This document shows positions 61,919 through 64,000 of a stretch of DNA of 64,000 bases, piece by piece. The stretch is taken from contig CAWASM010000007.1 in the NCBI GenBank assembly GCA_963784835.1, positions 14,694-78,693 on the forward strand, written 5' to 3'. The position numbers were made by a program, and so were the translations under genes. Below the pieces are notes generated by a model. That model ran no database searches. It was not told where the DNA came from and saw only the letters and a program-made list of their open reading frames with translations. Every line of letters starts with the position of its first letter. Positions within the stretch are counted from its first letter, which is position 1. This stretch comes from an uncultured Actinomycetes bacterium (GTDB lineage: Bacteria; Actinomycetota; Thermoleophilia; RBG-16-64-13).

Positions 61919-62017
61919 GCTGAGACGGGGGATCGCGCCGTGACCGTCAGGCGAAGGCAGTAAGATGAATGGCGTTGGTGACTGCCTCTAAAGAGCCGAC
62001 CGCATCAGGAGGCGCCG

Positions 62018-62212
62018 ATGGACCCGAGTCTAATCAAGCGCTACCCCGTCACGATCGACGGCGAGACGGCGAGCATCGGCACGGCGAACGAGCTGGCAGT
62101 GGCGCTCGACGTTCTGCGAGGACAGTACGACCGCGCCGTGCTGGAGCAACTCGGCCCGGTCAGAATGGAGCTTGGGTTTATGTTGCAGGGTCTAGAGGTA
62201 CATAAACAGTGA
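62018..62212 (+). CDS. small hypothetical protein
   Basis: 64-codon ORF with no family recognised. Confidence 0.3.
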   Translation: MDPSLIKRYPVTIDGETASIGTANELAVALDVLRGQYDRAVLEQLGPVRMELGFMLQGLEVHKQ

Positions 62213-62366
62213 AAGTGCAGCGTCCAAAGCGTCGCCCACTTTTCTCTTGACCTGCCACTCAAGAGTGACAAGAAGGCCCTGGCTGGACGGCGTCCCCCGG
62301 GCCTTTCGTCGTTCTAGACGGTGGGGGCTTTGTTCTATGTGCGGGTAACTGAGGGAGGCGATCACG

Positions 62367-62867
62367 GTGCGACGACTATCCGCTATTGCCGTGGCGATGT
62401 TCGTCGGGTGCGCTCTGATAGCGGCAGGTTGTGGCGGTGGTGTGGTCCCTAGCTCCACTGCCGCGGGCAGTGAAGATACATCAGTAAGCCCAGCGGCCAC
62501 GAGCGCGCCTGAGGAGTCGTCGTACTACCCGACAGCCAAGGCGACTCTCGAAGAGGTCTGTGCGGACAGTGAAGTCTTGTTCGATGCGCAGACCTCGGAT
62601 GAGATGGGCGCAGCCGTTGAGGGATTCCAGGCCAGCGTCAAGGCGGCTCTGAGCAAATGGCGTGGCCTCGACGTTCCGGCGCAGTTTGAGGCCTCTCACG
62701 CACTCGGTCTGGCCGCGCTTGAAGCGTACGACGAAGGCCTGTCGCTCCTTTCCCAGGCGACCCTCGCAGGTGACGACGCCGGGCTCGACGAATCCCAAAC
62801 CCTGCTGACACAGGCGGAGGAATACTACACGCAGTGGCAGACGCAATCAGCCAAAGAGGCCCAGTAG
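62367..62867 (+). CDS. hypothetical lipoprotein
   Basis: The lipobox is LIAAGCGGG, followed by a helical body. Confidence 0.6.
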   Translation: MRRLSAIAVAMFVGCALIAAGCGGGVVPSSTAAGSEDTSVSPAATSAPEESSYYPTAKATLEEVCADSEVLFDAQTSDEMGAAVEGFQASVKAALSKWRGLDVPAQFEASHALGLAALEAYDEGLSLLSQATLAGDDAGLDESQTLLTQAEEYYTQWQTQSAKEAQ

Positions 62868-62928
62868 CCCCGGCCGCCTGGATAGACCGTCGAGCCACGA
62901 CGCTTGGACATGTGGTAGCGTCTTCCTC

Positions 62929-63903
62929 ATGGACCGCGAGACCATCCTTGTACTAGGCCGGCCCGAAGAACGGCTGGTTGCGACGCTCAGAGCCTCCATC
63001 GGTGGGATGGATGTTGTGGTGGGCACCACCTCTGAGGCCTTTGAGCGCGTTGCGCCGGGCGCGACCGTCATCCTCTGTTGGGACGCGTCCCACGATCTAC
63101 TGCGCCAGGTGCTCCTCATGTGTCCCAACGTGCGGTGGGTGCATATCGTGTGGGCTGGGATAAACCACCTCCTCTCCCCGGAGCTCACGGAGAGCCCGGC
63201 AGTGCTCACTAACGGCCGCGGGGTGTTCAGCGAGTCGCTGGGGGAGTGGGTGCTCGGCGCGATCCTGTATTTCGCAAAGGACTTTCGCCGCTTGCTGCGA
63301 AGCCAGGGGGAGGGTCGCTGGGATCCCTTTGGCGTCGTGGGTGTCGCCGGCCAGACGGTGGGTATCGTGGGCTACGGAGACATCGGGCGGGCGGTGGCCA
63401 GGAGCGTCCGCCCCCTGGGGATGCGTGTGCTCGGGCTGACCCGACGTGGGCCGCTCTCGCATCAGGTCGGCGACGATCTGGCAGAGCAGATTTTCGCACC
63501 GGCCGAACGCGTTCGCATGATCAAGCAGTGCGATTACTTGGTGATCGCGGCTCCGTTGACGCCGGAGACGCGGGGCCTGATCGACGAGGCCGAGCTCGCG
63601 GCGATGAAACCCGAAGCGGTGATCGTCAACGTGGGGCGCGGCCCTATCATCCACGAGGAGGCACTTGTCCGCGCTCTATCCGAGAACAGGATCAAGGGGG
63701 CCGCTCTGGATGTCTTCGAGATTGAGCCGTTGCCCCAAGGCCACCCGTTCTATCACCTGGAGAATGTCCTCTTGTCGCCCCACTGCGCCGACCGCACCTC
63801 CGGCTGGTTGGAGAACGCCCTGCAGCTCTTCCTGGAGAATGTGGCCCGCTACCGCAAGGGTGAACTCCTCGTGAACGCAGTTGAGAAGGAACTCGGTTAC
63901 TGA
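62929..63903 (+). CDS. D-isomer-specific 2-hydroxyacid dehydrogenase family protein
   Basis: The NAD fold is VGIVGYGDIGRAVA. Further motifs are VNVGRG, ALDVFE.EPL and SPH. Confidence 0.9.
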   Translation: MDRETILVLGRPEERLVATLRASIGGMDVVVGTTSEAFERVAPGATVILCWDASHDLLRQVLLMCPNVRWVHIVWAGINHLLSPELTESPAVLTNGRGVFSESLGEWVLGAILYFAKDFRRLLRSQGEGRWDPFGVVGVAGQTVGIVGYGDIGRAVARSVRPLGMRVLGLTRRGPLSHQVGDDLAEQIFAPAERVRMIKQCDYLVIAAPLTPETRGLIDEAELAAMKPEAVIVNVGRGPIIHEEALVRALSENRIKGAALDVFEIEPLPQGHPFYHLENVLLSPHCADRTSGWLENALQLFLENVARYRKGELLVNAVEKELGY

Positions 63904-64000
63904 CTTATAGTCCTGCGACGCGATGGAATGCTCAGTGAAGAGCGAACGAGGGAGCGCGCTGGCCGGAGTCCCGCTGGCCACAAGATGCGTTAGCACATTC

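Overview
High-GC bacterial chromosomal segment. The first 8 kb carries the Bacillota-type conserved block PIN/TRAM (yacL-like)-ispD-ispF-gltX-cysS-rlmB-yacP-sigH. Many genes, including essential single-copy ones, can only be read by changing frame one or more times. The sequence therefore probably carries indel errors (or the locus is decaying), and CDS ends near such sites are approximate. After sigH comes tRNA-Thr(UGU); about 8 kb further on there is a 44-nt copy of its 3' part. These two bracket an accessory segment holding an FAD oxidoreductase, a copied sigH 5' fragment, an IS3 orfA stub, a c-di-GMP-I riboswitch plus terminator in front of a TasA/camelysin-like gene and three tandem SipW-type signal peptidases, and a decayed fic gene. 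The middle of the window (18-37 kb) holds lipoproteins, a DsbA-family gene whose first CxxC cysteine codon is an in-frame TGA followed by a hairpin (selenoprotein candidate), and a family of six same-strand ~40-nt repeats that I cannot assign to any known element. It also holds a RecA/KaiC-like ATPase, an FmdE-TauE operon, an ECF sigma/anti-sigma/metzincin module, a PAS hybrid histidine kinase and small redox genes. A visibly lower-GC block (38-47 kb) encodes a Liv-type ABC transporter plus FAD-oxidase/CCG Fe-S/LUD genes. It is bounded by an IS256 remnant on the left and an IS481-remnant/IS21/IS3 pile-up on the right, and that pile-up truncates a cheB-cheR-PAS-GAF gene. The last 10 kb holds a tightly packed PRC-barrel / eRF1-like (baeRF-type) / short-HPF trio and assorted oxidoreductases. 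I saw no rRNA genes and no CRISPR array.
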